A DNA stretch of 63,807 bases, filler included, from Reticulomyxa filosa (GCA_000512085.1; 17 parts of 17 records of this genome joined end to end with filler, not necessarily neighbours in it); one strand, 5' to 3'. Counted from the first letter of the whole stretch, positions 12,572 to 26,394 are shown. Made by a program: numbers and translations. The notes: generated from the letters alone by a model not told the origin.

Positions 12572-13186
12572 TTATTTGAATTGAGGTTCGCCAGGTTGAA
12601 TGTTCCTTCGCATGGTAACCCCTCCGAGTTCAGGCATATAGTTCTTTAAGTGGAGCATCCACTGAACTAATTGTTTGTCGGAAAGACACTCAAAAAACCA
12701 AACCCGTTGAGGCGTTTTGATGTTGAAGGACTGTCCTTCTTCAAACTGTAACACAAGAGCCTGGTTCATATCAATATAGCCAATGGGTTTGCTTTGCCCA
12801 TCACTAGGTCTATCATTAAAATAGAATAAATGACCGTTATCGTAGAGTTCAAACCATCGCTGAAGAAACTTTTGACTTTTTTTGGGACCTCTTTTTTTCA
12901 GCCATCCTTCGTACACTAGTTTATGTTCTTGTTGGGTGGATGGATACAATTTTTTGCCCAAGTCTTTGTGAGGCTTCTTATTGTTTGCCTCAGTTCGTTC
13001 ACTTCTGCGTCGAAAGCGAGCAGTGGAAAAAAACGAGCGAAACGATCGTTCCTTTGGTTTTTTCTCTACGTCACTACTGTACTTTTTTTCCTCTCTTTGC
13101 TCCTTTTCCAAACGAGCTTTGCTGAGTTTCAATTCCTCCTTGGCTTCCTCTGTCATCATATATGAATGCTCGATGTCGGATGCAGC
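12572..13186 (-). CDS. PH-domain protein, last exon (5'-partial)
   Basis: EGWLKKRG...RWFELY..GHLFYF...PIGYID...FNIKTPQRVWFF...QWMLHL. Confidence 0.88.
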   Translation of the reverse strand, partial: AASDIEHSYMMTEEAKEELKLSKARLEKEQREEKKYSSDVEKKPKERSFRSFFSTARFRRRSERTEANNKKPHKDLGKKLYPSTQQEHKLVYEGWLKKRGPKKSQKFLQRWFELYDNGHLFYFNDRPSDGQSKPIGYIDMNQALVLQFEEGQSFNIKTPQRVWFFECLSDKQLVQWMLHLKNYMPELGGVTMRRNIQPGEPQFK

Positions 13187-13812
13187 TTTTGTTTATATGT
13201 TTTGCAACAAATTTTAGCAAAAAAAAAAAANNNNNNNNNNNNNNNNNNNNNNNNNNNNNNNNNNNNNNNNNNNNTTAATTAATTAANNNNNNNNNNNNNN
13301 NNNNNNNNNNNNNNNNNNNNNNNNNNNNNNTGTGTATGCGTAATTTTCTTTTTTAAAAAAGTTTGTAAAAAATCATTTTAAGTACATTTCAAGTTTGTCT
13401 CGGATTGAATAAACATGGCGTCAACGAATAAATCACTTTTTCATGTGTTCTAGTTGCTACTCAAAAAAAAGAATATCAAATTCAATGCACAAACGGTTTA
13501 TCAATTTAGCTGCGTATTAGGAAAAAACAGCGACAAATTTGTTTATATTTTCTTATATCAAAACATTTTGTAACAACTCAAAAATATTCAAAAGGATGTT
13601 CATTGCCAAATTTAAGTAAATTGTATTGGGCTTCTATAATGAATATCCTTTAATTTAAAAAATGGCTGCGTTAAAAAAAATCAAAAATATTTGTTCAGTT
13701 CTATTTTCATTTTGTCAAAGAAAAAAGGTTCAATAATTTATTCATCTTACATCATCCAGGACAAGTTCAAGACGAAAACTAAAAGATGTTGAAAAAATAC
13801 CTACACTTAACA

Positions 13813-14130
13813 ATGAAAAAGAAAAAGAAAAGAAAAGAGATTTCAACCCAAATGTCATTGGTAAGCCCTATTTTAAGTTTTAAAAGTAAATTATCTTTAG
13901 ATTTTTATTGTATTTATTGTATATAATTTGCAATTGTGACTGAATCAGTCAAAGACGTGTTCTATGTGTTTCGTTTATCTTCAAATGTTCACTGTGCATA
14001 CTGGTTATGTGTGAGGATTGATAATTCAACATTTGATAATGATCGATTCATTTGTCCTGGCTCATTTGATAAAACAATTTATGTATGTGATATTGACAAC
14101 AAACAAATTCAATCATTTAATGGCATTTAG
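13813..14130 (+). pseudogene. Degenerate WD40-family copy
   Basis: STFDNDRFICPGSFDKTIYVCDIDNKQIQSFNG matches the repeat at 3215..3817, but is truncated with damaged motifs. Confidence 0.75.
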
Positions 14131-15081
14131 ATCTGTGCGTTAGATATTTTTTTTAAAAATTAGGTTTAAATGTTTATTTTTCTTGAAGAAAATCAATTCT
14201 CTTGGCAGTTTTTTTGCAATATATTGTACTTTAGAATATAATCTTAGAAAAAATATGATGGACTTATTGTAATTATTTGTGGACACATAAAAAATAAAGA
14301 CATATTAGCTACTAGTGATGGAAAATATTTATTAATTGATAAAATAAAAGAAGCATTTGACCAAAATACAATTGAGGGATTTAAATAGCTAACTAAAGTT
14401 TTTATCATTCGGAGTGAGTGAGAACATTATAGAAAAAAACCAAATTATATTTAATCATAAAGTAAAGACTGATAATTTGCTATTTATTTTGATTGTTAAT
14501 CTTTTTAAATATATTTTAAAAATAATTAAGAAAAAACTTGGTAAATTTCACAATTATAAAACCAAAAACAAAATCATATTTAACAAATATTTAATTGTGA
14601 TTCTTCAAAATTTATTTCATCTGCTGTATTTCATGATAATTTTGTCTTTAAGTTCGGGTTCGATAATCACAACATAAAATTATTCACTAGTAAGCTATCA
14701 TGTTTAATAAATTGAAATGTATTAAATCAAACACACTAATATTTCCAAAAAATTCAACAATTACTAGATATAAAAGATATCAAATTTCTTTTCCAAACTA
14801 GTAATAAAAAAAATATTTTTAATTTATTCAAGTAAAATGTGGTGCGTTTCAAAACTATTGATTTGTCAGCAAATATTTCATAAAAAATAGGAAAAAGTTA
14901 AATAATTTTATCAAAAGCCAAAAAGGAGTTCGTTGTTTAAATGTCGTAGACTATATTAAAAAATAAAAAAAAGGGAAAAAGNNNNNNNNNNNNNNNNNNN
15001 NNNNNNNNNNNNNNNNNNNNNNNNNTTAATTAATTAANNNNNNNNNNNNNNNNNNNNNNNNNNNNNNNNNNNNNNNNNNNN

Positions 15082-15909
15082 AAAACCGATTCCATACCTT
15101 TTCGTTCGTATTGTTTTTTTTTTGTCATCGTACATATTTTTTTTTTTATTAAAAAAAAAGGTCTTTGAATGTATACGTACACCCGTACGTAAACACAGAA
15201 TACCAAACATGAGCAGGTCCTGTATATACCATGACGAAATTATTTTGGTCCGGATACAATGTCAATTGCACCCATTGGCTTTCGGATGCAAATAACGTGG
15301 CGTTCGCATAAAAATAATATGGAGAGTTTGGGCTATACGTTGTTGTTGTCGTTGTCGTCGTTGTTGGTACGTCACTGCTGCACGTTAGAAGAGACACAAT
15401 TGTGCTGCTTCGGTCTTCATGATAACCCAGCGTTGCAGATTGTCCGTATGCAAAGATAATTGGAATCGTGGTGTAATTACTGCTCCCAAAATTATAGTAA
15501 CGTGCACGGTGTAAGTTTATTGCACGTTGCAAACGCACCTTCCTCGTGCTCCCGCTATTCACTAGCTCATCGCTCAGCACTGTCACTGTATTGTTTAACA
15601 ACACACCTTCTTGCTCATTGCCCAACATCCTTTCTGTTACATCTCCATATCCATCGATTATTATTGCGTATGTCCCATTCATTATTTCACTTCCAAAGCC
15701 AATTCCATACCTTTTTTTGTTTTTGGAGTGTAGATACACCACAAAGATCGTGTAAATTCTTTTGCACTTGCAACTTACCACACACTTGCTGGGCCTGCAT
15801 ATGTCAGTAGCAGTGTGTTGTTGTTTGGATAAAGAACCAATTCCATCCATTGATTGATGTAAGAAAATAAAGTGGCATTTACAAAGTAGCAATCTGTTGA
15901 ATATGCCAT
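15082..15909 (-). CDS. Tandem DOMON-like domain protein (3'-partial)
   Basis: GPASVW|YGIGFGSEIMNGTYAII...IPIIFAYG...LGYH, a Thr-rich linker, then a second repeat GPAHVW|YGIGF. Confidence 0.75.
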
Positions 15910-16667
15910 TGATCAAGCTTTACTCTTAGATATTCTTACCGAGAGTTTTTCTCTGCTTACACGGGTGTGAACCGTATCCGACACTGTTAAATGTCAATTA
16001 TCTTTGTACCAAAAAAAAAAAAGAATCTAAAATGGTATTATTTTCCAAAAGTATTAATAAACATTCAATCAGTTAGATTGTTTCGTTTATGCATGATAAC
16101 TACGCTTTTCCGGTCTTAATAATTCCTTGCGAATTTTCTCTGTTGTAGGCAGTTCTTAAAGAATAAGAAACGCATTTTTAAACGTTTGTTTTCCACAATA
16201 TGAAATCAATTAACCCAACAAAAGATTGAAAATTTCTTTTGGCAAAAAAATTTTATGATAAATATGAAATATCGCATATTTTCAATTGTATACAAGGAAA
16301 TATGTAAAATTTCGCTTCATTTTGTGCAGATAGCCAGACATCACTATCTTTGACAATATCCTTAAAATTACATAAGTATAAATTGTTTTTGATTTGTATT
16401 TTTACATTACAAAACTGATGTACGCTGCAGTCTTAACTTTGAATATTTGTTTGCAGTTATTTGGTTAGCATAATTGACTATAGACAATTACATTTCAAAA
16501 AGAAGACATTTGCCAAATGGAAGGAAAGCAAATGCAATCACAGAATAAGCTGTAATTATTCGGTTGTGTTTTTAGAAAGACCGAATAATAGAGCAGAAAT
16601 TTTTATTATTATTAAAAAAAGTTATTTAAAAACCAGCAAAAATTCCAAACAAAAAAGATTTAAAAGC

Positions 16668-17198
16668 CTAATTCAAGAAAGTTCTACAAGCAATTTTCAA
16701 AGTTTGACTGAAAAAATAGAAAGCGTATTCATCATTGGTTTTTAACTCTTCTAACGATCTTCCTTTCAGGTCCATGGACAGACGCCTTCGAAATTTTCGA
16801 CACAGTTCCCGTAATTGCTGGAAATTACCAACTCTTTCAATATCCGGAAACAAATTATGTTTCATCATCAACAAATGGAATTGCACCGTGTCGCGAACCT
16901 CGGACCATGAGTTGCTATCAAGAAAAGTACTTTTCCAAGCGTTGTTCAAGCGAGAAGTATCATTTTGGCCTGCACAAAAGACATGATTGATAGCTAATTC
17001 GCTGCCATACAAAGAGCTGACGCCTTGATGCCAATCTGGCCACGTGCAAACATGCCCAAGAGCAATGACTTCTTTTTTGCATACAGACTCAGTAAACTCT
17101 TGCTCAAATACGTACTGCGTAAAATTGAGGGTGTAATGTACCAGCTCCAAAAATTGATTGGTGTGTACGTACCAAGTACTTTGCATTCCGTGTACGTT
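16668..17198 (-). CDS. Hypothetical protein C-terminus (W..GVSSLY..ELAINH motif)
   Basis: Frame open from the contig edge to a stop. The motif recalls an uncharacterised fungal/protist family; not confirmed. Confidence 0.55.
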   Translation of the reverse strand, partial: NVHGMQSTWYVHTNQFLELVHYTLNFTQYVFEQEFTESVCKKEVIALGHVCTWPDWHQGVSSLYGSELAINHVFCAGQNDTSRLNNAWKSTFLDSNSWSEVRDTVQFHLLMMKHNLFPDIERVGNFQQLRELCRKFRRRLSMDLKGRSLEELKTNDEYAFYFFSQTLKIACRTFLN

Positions 17199-17298
17199 NN
17201 NNNNNNNNNNNNNNNNNNNNNNNNNNNNNNNNNNNNNNNNNNTTAATTAATTAANNNNNNNNNNNNNNNNNNNNNNNNNNNNNNNNNNNNNNNNNNNN

Positions 17299-17637
17299 TA
17301 CAAATGGTGAATATGAAAAATCAAATACCCATTTAGAATATCTATTGAATAATTGGATTTATTCACATGATCGAATATCCTATAAACGAACAGTTTTATC
17401 ATATGATCAAGATAAGATTGTATTATATGTTCTGGATCATATGATAATGTAATTCGTTTTTGGGATATTCGATCAAATAAAAATGAATTATTTATTATTA
17501 AAGGAGATTATAAAGAAGATTTTGTAATAATTTGTTTTAAATTTATTAAATTCAAAAATAAAGATAAGACAAATGAAACATATAGCATGAATTTGTGTTA
17601 TGGTTCGGTTAAAGGTCACATTCGTATTTGTGGATAA
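17299..17637 (+). CDS. C-terminal part of a lineage-type WD40 protein
   Basis: CSGSYDNVIRFWDIRSNKNELF...NLCYGSVKGHIRICG*, same family as 3215..3817. Confidence 0.75.
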
Positions 17638-18179
17638 TTTTTTTTTGTCAAATAAAAAAGTCTGATTATTTCATTGAATGCAACAACTGAAAGATGTGTT
17701 GTTTTATATTACTTTGTTGTTTTTCTTTTTTGATTGTCAAAGTTGGAGGTCATATATGATTGATCACTTTGTCAAATTTACGAAAAAATAAAATGATATT
17801 AAATACAAAAGAAACAGAGGAAATCTTATGTAAAAAATGCACAAGAATTGCCGTATTATTATCTAATTTCACTTGCGAAAGGGCTCTAACATCAATGAGC
17901 TAATTTTTTAGTAAAATGATCATTGAAGAACGTCATTCAAATAATATTTATCAAAATTATTAATTAAAAGACAAACAAAGCAAAAAATAACGCAATACGC
18001 TTACGAAAAGCTAAACAGGTATGTTTTCTACGCTCAAGTATAGGATATCAAAGATATTTGTAGCACATCGCCACATTTTGTCGACAAAACTGCATAAAAT
18101 CAGATAAAGGGCTGAATTTTTCGAAAACAAGAAAAGAGTATGATCAAGAGTACTATCTTTTCAAACGTGACTTTATGAT

Positions 18180-19515
18180 TTACTTGTGCAAGCAAAACGA
18201 TTGATGGTAATCTCCTCCAGACCAAGTCGCGATAAAACCCTTTGAATTGTTTACATTAATTCCTTTTTCATACCGCAACAAAGTCTTGCCGTCTGGTTCA
18301 GTCAGCAATCCTTTTGCAGCGATTAACACAGCTTCAGGTGCACATGTGTCCCACTTCTTTGTCCCAACGGAAGGGAATATGTATGCATCACCCTCACCTA
18401 ATGTTTCCCCCCCCAAAACATTTTTTTTAAAATTCATATATCGCAAAAAAAACAAACTAATAATAATGTATTATCAAAAATACTGACCTTCCAACACCAT
18501 CAATACTTTCCCACCAGCTCCTCCAGCACGAATAATTTTGTCAGGCTTTACATCTTTCAGATAATCTTCAATAGCTTTTGCGCCGTGAGATCTAGTGGTA
18601 AGACAGATCCTCCTCTTCGTGTCCCTCGAGTCACCTTTGAAATGGTATTGCAAACCAAAAACGCCGACCCCGACAATACCCCAAACGGTTTGGCTCACAA
18701 ATGGACGATTGACTACTCCAGCAACAGGACGACCTTGGTATGATATACCAATCAAACATGTCACCGCCTCTTTAATACCTTCCGTATACTCTTTCGTTCC
18801 ATCCAAGGGGTCCACCCTTTTTGATCCAAAAAAAAAAAAAAAATTGTATTATTTGTTTTTACAGTTCATATCTTTTATTTACTATTCATTTGCAAAGCAG
18901 TACACAAGTGTCCAAAGTAAGTATATATGAATCGCAAAGGAGGAGGGGAAGAGGATTGTTATTACCAGACAACTAAGTCGTCAGTGCTCACATGGAAATA
19001 GTGAGAAGGCACTTTTTTGCGATCCAGTGAAACTGGCAATGTGGTACTCGGATCGATGATAAATTCGGACTGAATGTTCTTTTCAACTTCTTCTTCGCCC
19101 AACACACACAAGTGTGGAAACTTTTTTTTTAATGAACCAAGTATCAATTTTTGCGCACGACGATCTGCTGCTGTTTGTGGATCCAATGCTTTGGCTTGTT
19201 CTGATGCACTTAATTTCTTGTCATCATCACCTTTATCCACAACCTTTTTTGTTTTGTTTTTTTTTTCAAAAAAATGTTATGCAGATCACAGAAAAAAGAG
19301 TGACAAACAAATCTCAATTAAGCTTTTTTCACACACATGCACACCCCCAAATCGCCACTTTCAAAAATTTTGGCAATCATTGATCCTGCTCGTGATCCTA
19401 AGTCATAACACGCAGCAACTAGTTCTAACAAATCGTAATTTGCTTTGTTTTCATCTTCACTATGAGCGGTCACCTTCAAAGTTTTGTCAATTAAATCAAG
19501 ACCTTGCAAACTCAT
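18180..19515 (-). CDS. BPNT1: 3'(2'),5'-bisphosphate nucleotidase (4 exons)
   Basis: DPQTAADRRAQ, GEE, W|VDPLDGTKEY, TTRSH, GGAGGKVL and KKWDTCAPEA motifs; GT-AG introns. Confidence 0.93.
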
Positions 19516-19873
19516 GAGATCGCCCTTTGTTAGATTATCACTATTAATTAATAACAAAAAATAATAAAAAAGGAAAAACAAAGACTTTTACTTTTCGCAA
19601 CACTTACTGGTGCTTAGTACAAGTTTACGAACTTGCCCAACAGCATTACACTAAAGACAATTTAAGAAAAAACATCCACAATTAAAAAATCACAAGTTAG
19701 ATTAATACAATAATAAAAGAGAAAGGTATGATAGACAAGGAAATGTTCATGCGTCACCAAAAAAATAAATATTNNNNNNNNNNNNNNNNNNNNNNNNNNN
19801 NNNNNNNNNNNNNNNNNTTAATTAATTAANNNNNNNNNNNNNNNNNNNNNNNNNNNNNNNNNNNNNNNNNNNN

Positions 19874-20490
19874 TTATCACTGGTACTTTCATCACTGGCA
19901 ATGCCAATACTCCAAATGCTCTTTGTCCATGCCATGAGGACTTTTTTTTATTTGTTTTTTTTTTTTTTAAAAAAACATTAACAAAAAAAAAAAAAAAAAT
20001 GTCAATCTAAGAACTGCTTGAAATTGAACGATATACGTTTGTCCTGGGACCAAGTTGATGGGCGTGATAACCCAATGATATGTCACCGTGTCGAGCAATA
20101 TGACAGTGGCTTGGGCGGTTCCATTGAGAAGGGGTGGGGAAATGTGGTAGGTCACGTTCCATTTGCGGTCGGTGGCGTGGGAGGAAAACAATGATAATAA
20201 TTCGATGGACAAGGTAAGCAAGTGATGACAAGTGGGGATACGGGGTTGATAGGAGATCGACAATGCCAGGTCTACTGCATCCGACTTGATCACGTATTGC
20301 GAAAGGATTCCATTCCAACTGCTCTGATTGCTCACTTCGTCAAATGCTTGCACAGAGAAATGATATAACATATTGTCGTCCAACGATTGCAATGACAACG
20401 TCAAAGCCGTCGAATTTTGCTGAGTCTGCAAATAGTCGTCAATCACGTTTCCACAACTAGTATCATCGTTGCTATTGCTATCATTATTGT

Positions 20491-20521
<31 letters not shown>

Positions 20522-20994
20522 AAACACGTTGGATTGATTCCAACTTTCGTTGACTTGCAATTTTTCGCACCACCAATGATATTTCAACCAAGACGAGGAA
20601 GAGAAAGAAGAAGATGATGGTGATGATGCAGAAATACTTCCAGTACCCTCCCAATACATACTTTTGGAAGCATTCAAAACCAATAGTGGATGATTATTCG
20701 CAGTTACTACTGGGAAGATGCGATAGATACCGTTGTCTAGAAATGTGAAGACGGAGCCTTGTACTAAAGCAAAGGTGGAGTTATCCGTGCCACTCACCTC
20801 GTCGTCGTGCTGCGTAGTATTGTGTATGTTCGCGCGTGTGTCAACTGACGTCGTAATGTTCACATTCGTAATCGTCGCTCGACCTTTCATTTCATACACT
20901 CTATTCTCTCCCACGCCATTTAGCAGCGCTGAATTGGGAATCACAAATGCATGTCGTGATGTGAAATTTAACTCCACACCAATCCCACAAAAAA
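19874..20994 (-). CDS. REJ/PKD-like extracellular domain protein, internal fragment
   Basis: LVLNASKS, LKYHWWC, LTLSLQSL...YHFSV and LVPGQTY.VQF, typical of REJ modules. Confidence 0.65.
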
Positions 20995-21094
20995 NNNNNN
21001 NNNNNNNNNNNNNNNNNNNNNNNNNNNNNNNNNNNNNNTTAATTAATTAANNNNNNNNNNNNNNNNNNNNNNNNNNNNNNNNNNNNNNNNNNNN

Positions 21095-21861
21095 TATTTG
21101 AACATGTTTTTATCCTTTCATATATCCATCTTTTTTTGTTAAAAAAATAAAAATAAAATAAATATAAAAAAAAACTCTGCAGCGCTTCGATAGAGGTGCT
21201 ACTGAAATTTCATGTTCTTCGAATGCTTGATACAGTCCTCGTTTTTGCGCTTGTAATTGCTCTGGCTCTGGCTTTGGTCCTGACTCTGGTTTTGGCTCTA
21301 GTTCTTGGTCTTGTTTTTGTTCTGTCGATAGCCACTGATCTTCGTGAGACTCCTTGCTTTTTTCTTCTGGCTCTTGTTTTGCTTCATGTTCGGGTCTTGG
21401 CCCTTGGTGCTGTTGTTGTGTATCCGGCTCTGGATTAACCTACAACAAAGATTATCAATTATCAATTATTTACAAAGTCATTCAAAATAAAAGAAATATA
21501 CATCATCACAAACCTTATTTTTCTTTGGTGCCGGTGCCGATACATCGTTCCCTAAATCACGAAGTGATCTTTTTCGTGTAGCCTTGTTACATCCACTTAC
21601 ACCTATTCAAAATATGCATATTTATCATTTGTTATCCATTGACAGGATACTTGGTGCTAAAGATCAAAGACTGGAGTTATGTGTAAATGGAACCAAGTGA
21701 AATCAATAAAATGTGTTTGATACAAAAAAAAGATTTTACTCTGCTTTTAACTCTCTTTTTTTTTCATGTTTGTTTGTTGTAGTGTGTAGTTAGTTAGTGA
21801 TACCAGTGTTTTGTGTTGAAATTTGTTCAACAACTTCTTTAGTTTCCTTTATTCCTTCCAT
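21095..21861 (-). CDS. Charged hypothetical protein, 5' exons (3'-partial)
   Basis: Spliced MEGIKETKE...NTG|VSGCNKATRKRSLRDL...APKKNK|VNPEP...KRGL...PLSKRCR, with two bipartite-NLS-like motifs. Confidence 0.5.
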
Positions 21862-22253
21862 ATCTTTCTTTTTTCTTTATCTTTTAACTTTTTCAAAGCG
21901 GTTGTAAACTAAATCTTGAACTTAAGGGGGAAAGTTTGTTTCTCAAACAAAATCGCAAAAATTGATGTTGTTTTTTTGTGTTATTTTTCTATTTCGGTCT
22001 ATAAAGATTAAAAATGCTAAAATGAGGCCATGCATGAGTAAATTGATATGCGGATAATGATAAACTTAAACATTTTCTACTAATACGCAAAACAATTACA
22101 GTTTTTTTTCAATATGACAACTCTTTATCCTTTTTAAGGGAAACAAAAAAAAAGAAATGAGGACATCCAAAGCTCACAATATGTTACCCTTAACAATCCT
22201 TCATTCTTCTCAATCTTTCTTTCCCTTTCAAATGAATTAAAAAATGAATGAAG

Positions 22254-23027
22254 TTATATCAAAGGACCGTCTTCGTTGTCAGCTCTCTTTTTGTGACAAT
22301 ATAAACGTATGATAAATATAACTATAACAATTTCATACAAAATCAAACAACCAATGATGGCTCCAAGTGCACCATACAATCCTCGCAAATTATTTTTCAT
22401 AGCCTGTTTGCATCCGGTGCAAGAAAGTGAAAAAGTGGTCACAGTGCCATTTGTCATACCGGAAGAACTTTCACCATCAAATCCACAACAGTTCAGTTTT
22501 TGTTCAACTTGACGTTGTTCTTCCGCACTGAAGTTATTCCATGCCGTCTTCAGGAAGCTAGGATCAAAATGCATGAGTGCAATAGAACCTACTATACCAA
22601 TTTCCATTTGAAGAGTTACAGTTAAACTTATGATGTAAAAGAGAATCGAAAGCGCCGATTTGGCTCTTGCACCAAAACATCCGAGTAATGAAGTCAACAA
22701 CACTAGTATCGCCAATGTCAATGCTATCCCAAATAACGCCGCTGTAATGTTGCCAATGTGTTTTAATTTCCCTGTTTCGTATACGTAGGTATCTACAATT
22801 ATCAAAATCAGCGCTATCATGCCTAAGATCCCATTTGTCCACAATAACATATTTCCTTCTATTTTAAACTCGTATCTTTCATGTGTGTGTTCATTACTTT
22901 TTTTTAAAGGTCTAGAAAGGTGAGGACCCAAACAAAAATGACGAAAAATACAGTGCAAATACTTTTTCAGGAAAATGATTCTTTTATCTTGTTGTCTGGT
23001 CTCCATATCTTGTTGTTCAGTCTCCAT
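22254..23027 (-). CDS. Tetraspanin
   Basis: Four TMs, LGCFGA after TM2, large loop with CCG and later Cys residues. Confidence 0.88.
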   Translation of the reverse strand: METEQQDMETRQQDKRIIFLKKYLHCIFRHFCLGPHLSRPLKKSNEHTHERYEFKIEGNMLLWTNGILGMIALILIIVDTYVYETGKLKHIGNITAALFGIALTLAILVLLTSLLGCFGARAKSALSILFYIISLTVTLQMEIGIVGSIALMHFDPSFLKTAWNNFSAEEQRQVEQKLNCCGFDGESSSGMTNGTVTTFSLSCTGCKQAMKNNLRGLYGALGAIIGCLILYEIVIVIFIIRLYCHKKRADNEDGPLI

Positions 23028-23500
23028 GATTGTTCACAATTTTTCATATAATAATATTTTTTAAAAATTTACTTAAAAAAAGGGCAACACCAAACCTGGA
23101 CGGGCCATGTTAAAAGTAGCTGCTTCCTGAGTCTTGAAGTGACTAATTTTTCATTTAACTCGGCTGCATTTTGCAATGATGCAAATATTATCACCAAAAC
23201 TCCATGTCTCGGTGTAATTGAGAAAAGTATTAGTAACACTAACATTGTTTGAAGTATTTTTATTAACAAAACTAAAAAAAGTAGCATATAATGAAAATAA
23301 TGAATTACTAGTAATTGAACGAGCACAAAGGGATTTGGAACATCAGTTTTATTGTTAAGATTAAAATACGTATTTTAATTTCAATTATTTTATCTCTTCT
23401 TTTCCAACAAAATGATAATGTACCGTTTCTCAACCAAAAAATATACTTTAAAATGTATTTAACAAGAATATTTTATTCACACAAGTTAAAAAAAAAAAAA

Positions 23501-26394
23501 TCAAAATAGTCCATAACGTTGTTTCACAAGCAACTTTTGTTCATCTTCCAGGCCCTTTGTGTTCTTCCAAATACTATCTTTTAATGATAAACCACTTTGA
23601 ACACCTACTCTCCAAATATAATTCACACTAGTCTCAGTTACATCAAAAATTTTACCATTATCACTGCCCCATAATCGAATTGTTTTGTCATCAGAGCCTG
23701 ATACTAATTTTGAACCATCGGGCGATAATTGAATGGAATTAATACCTCCATTATGTCCTTCTAATACTTGAATTTGTTTTCCTGAAGATACATCCCATAT
23801 TCGAATAGTTTTATCTTTTGAATATGAAATAATTTTAGAACCATCCAATGAAATTTTTATTCCATATATACAATCGGAATGTCCTTCTAATTTTTTAATT
23901 CGTTCTTTACTCAATATATCCCATAATCGAATTGTCTTATCATTTGAACAAGACGCAATTGTGGTATTATCTGGAAAAAATTCTATTTCGTTTATATCAC
24001 TTCCATGTTCTTCTTCGAAAAAAAAAAGTTGTTTTCCAGATGACATATCCCATACTTGAATTGCGTCATCTAATGAATACGATATCAATTTAGAACCATC
24101 TGATGAAATTTGTATTCCTTCTATACTATTTACACGTCCTTCAAATGTTTGAATTTGTTTACCAGATAAAACATCCCACAATCTAATTGTTCTATCCCAT
24201 GAACAGGATATAATTGTACGTCCATCTGGCAAAAATTGTGCTTCAGTTACAGTACCAGAATGTCCATCAAATAATCCAATTTGTCTTCCTGATGATATAT
24301 CCCATATTCGAATTGTTTTATCATCTGAACAGGACACAAGTTTGGAACTATCTGGTGAAAAGCATACTTTGTTCACCCAATGTAAGTGTCCTTCCAATAA
24401 TTGAATTTGTTTTCCTGATAATATATCCCATATTCGGATTGTTTTATCATTTGAATACGATATAATTTTAGAACTATCTGATGAAAATAATACTCCGTTT
24501 ATTTCATCAGAATGACCTTCAAATACTTGAATTTGTCTTCCTGATTGTACATCCCACAATCGTACTGTTTTGTCCACAGATCCTGATACAATTTTAGAAC
24601 CATCAGGAGAAAATTCTACTTTTTTTATAATACCAAGATATTCTTCTGTTAACTGGATTTTTCTTTCTAAAGATATATCCCATATTCGAATAGTACCTTC
24701 CGAACATGATAAAATTTTGGTATCATTTGGAAAGAATTTCAAATCAATTATATAACTTGAATGTCCTTCTAATACTTGAATTTGTTTTCCAGATGATACA
24801 TCCCATAGTCGAATTGTATTATCCCTTGAACTGGATACAATCCTAGAGCCATCTAATGAAAATCTTGCTTTGATCACAGAGTTTGAATGCCCTTCTAGGA
24901 TTTGAAGCTGTTTTCCAGACAATAAATCCCATATTCGAATTGTTTTATCCCATGAATATGATAAGATTTTTGAACCGTCTGGTGATAATTGAATTCCATT
25001 TATATTACTTGTATGCCCTTTTAATAATTGAATTTGTTGGCCTGTTAATGCATCCCATATTCGAATAGTTGTATCCCTTGAGCCTGATATAATTTTTGAT
25101 CCATCAAATGTGAATTGCACTCCAATTACCCAATCTTCATGTCCTTCTAATAATAAAAGTTGTGCTCCAGAAGATACATCCCATATTCGGATAGTTTTAT
25201 CCGATGAAAAAGATACGATCTTAGAATTATCTGGTGAAAATTTCGCCCCATCCGAATGTCCATTTAATAAATGAATTTGTTTTCCAGACGATGCATCCCA
25301 TATTCGAATAGTGTTGTCCGATGAACAAGATAAAATCTTAGAATCATCTGACGAAAATACTGCTGAGTTCACCCTCTCTAAATGTCCTTCCAATAGTTGA
25401 ATTTGTTGATATAATAGTATATCCCATATTCGAATGGTTTTGTCCTTTGAACACGACACAATTTTGGAACCATCATATGAAAACTGAACTGCGCTTATAT
25501 CATCTAAGTGTCCCTCTAGTACATGAAGTTGTTTTCTTGATGATGTATCCCATATTCGAATTGTTTTATCTTCTGAATAAGATGCTATTTTTGTTCCATC
25601 CGGTGAAAATTCAATACCATTTACTCTACCTGAATGCTCTTCCAAATATGCATATTCTCCAAAGTAAATACCGTTCATTGATGCATTTGTGAAATTAACC
25701 TTGTTTAAGCAAGTTTGATAAAAACGCGCGTGATCTAAATTTGCATTACTAAAATTAGTTCCTTCAAGATATGCCCGATCTAAAATTGCATAAGGAATTT
25801 TTATATTACTCCAATTTCGATTATGCATATTTATATTTGCCGAATTGAGTATGCTGATTGCATTTGCTGCTGCAATACTAACATTTTCATTATTTTTTGA
25901 TGATTCAATGATTCGAAATAATCTTGATTTTAAATTTTTATATATTGAATTTGTATCATTAATTCTCTCTGCAATGAATTGGATAATCCCTAATTCTTCA
26001 TTTAATAGTTTATAATTGATGAACAATTTAGAAATGTATGCTTCAAATTGTTGTTGGAATTGTTGATTATCAATACCAAAAACATTTGGTTTCCATGAAA
26101 TAATATCAATTATGATTTTTTGTGATGCGTAATATTCTTGACATGATTTATGTAAAAATTGATATTTATTATCACCAACTCTTCTTAATACATATTTTGC
26201 AACACTGTCACCATGAAAATATTTTTCCCAAATATCAGGTATTCTTGAAATAGAAGTATCATTGATTGTTTCTATTTCTATTTTTTCATCCACAATACTT
26301 TTATTATCATTTTCCATTTCTGGATCCAATTTATTTGAAATTTCATTGTTATTATTATTTTCATATTGAGATTCTGGTTCAACAGCAACTTGAT
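23501..26394 (-). CDS. NACHT-associated pentapeptide + WD40 NLR-like protein (5'-partial)
   Basis: YQFLHKSCQEYY (STAND winged helix), AAANAISIL, pentapeptide repeats, about 16 near-identical FSPDGSKIVS.S.DKTIRIWD repeats. Confidence 0.9.

Noticed and set aside
21340-21370. Suspected additional homopolymer frameshift
   Set aside because: A recount gives six A on the minus strand, so the exon is in frame.
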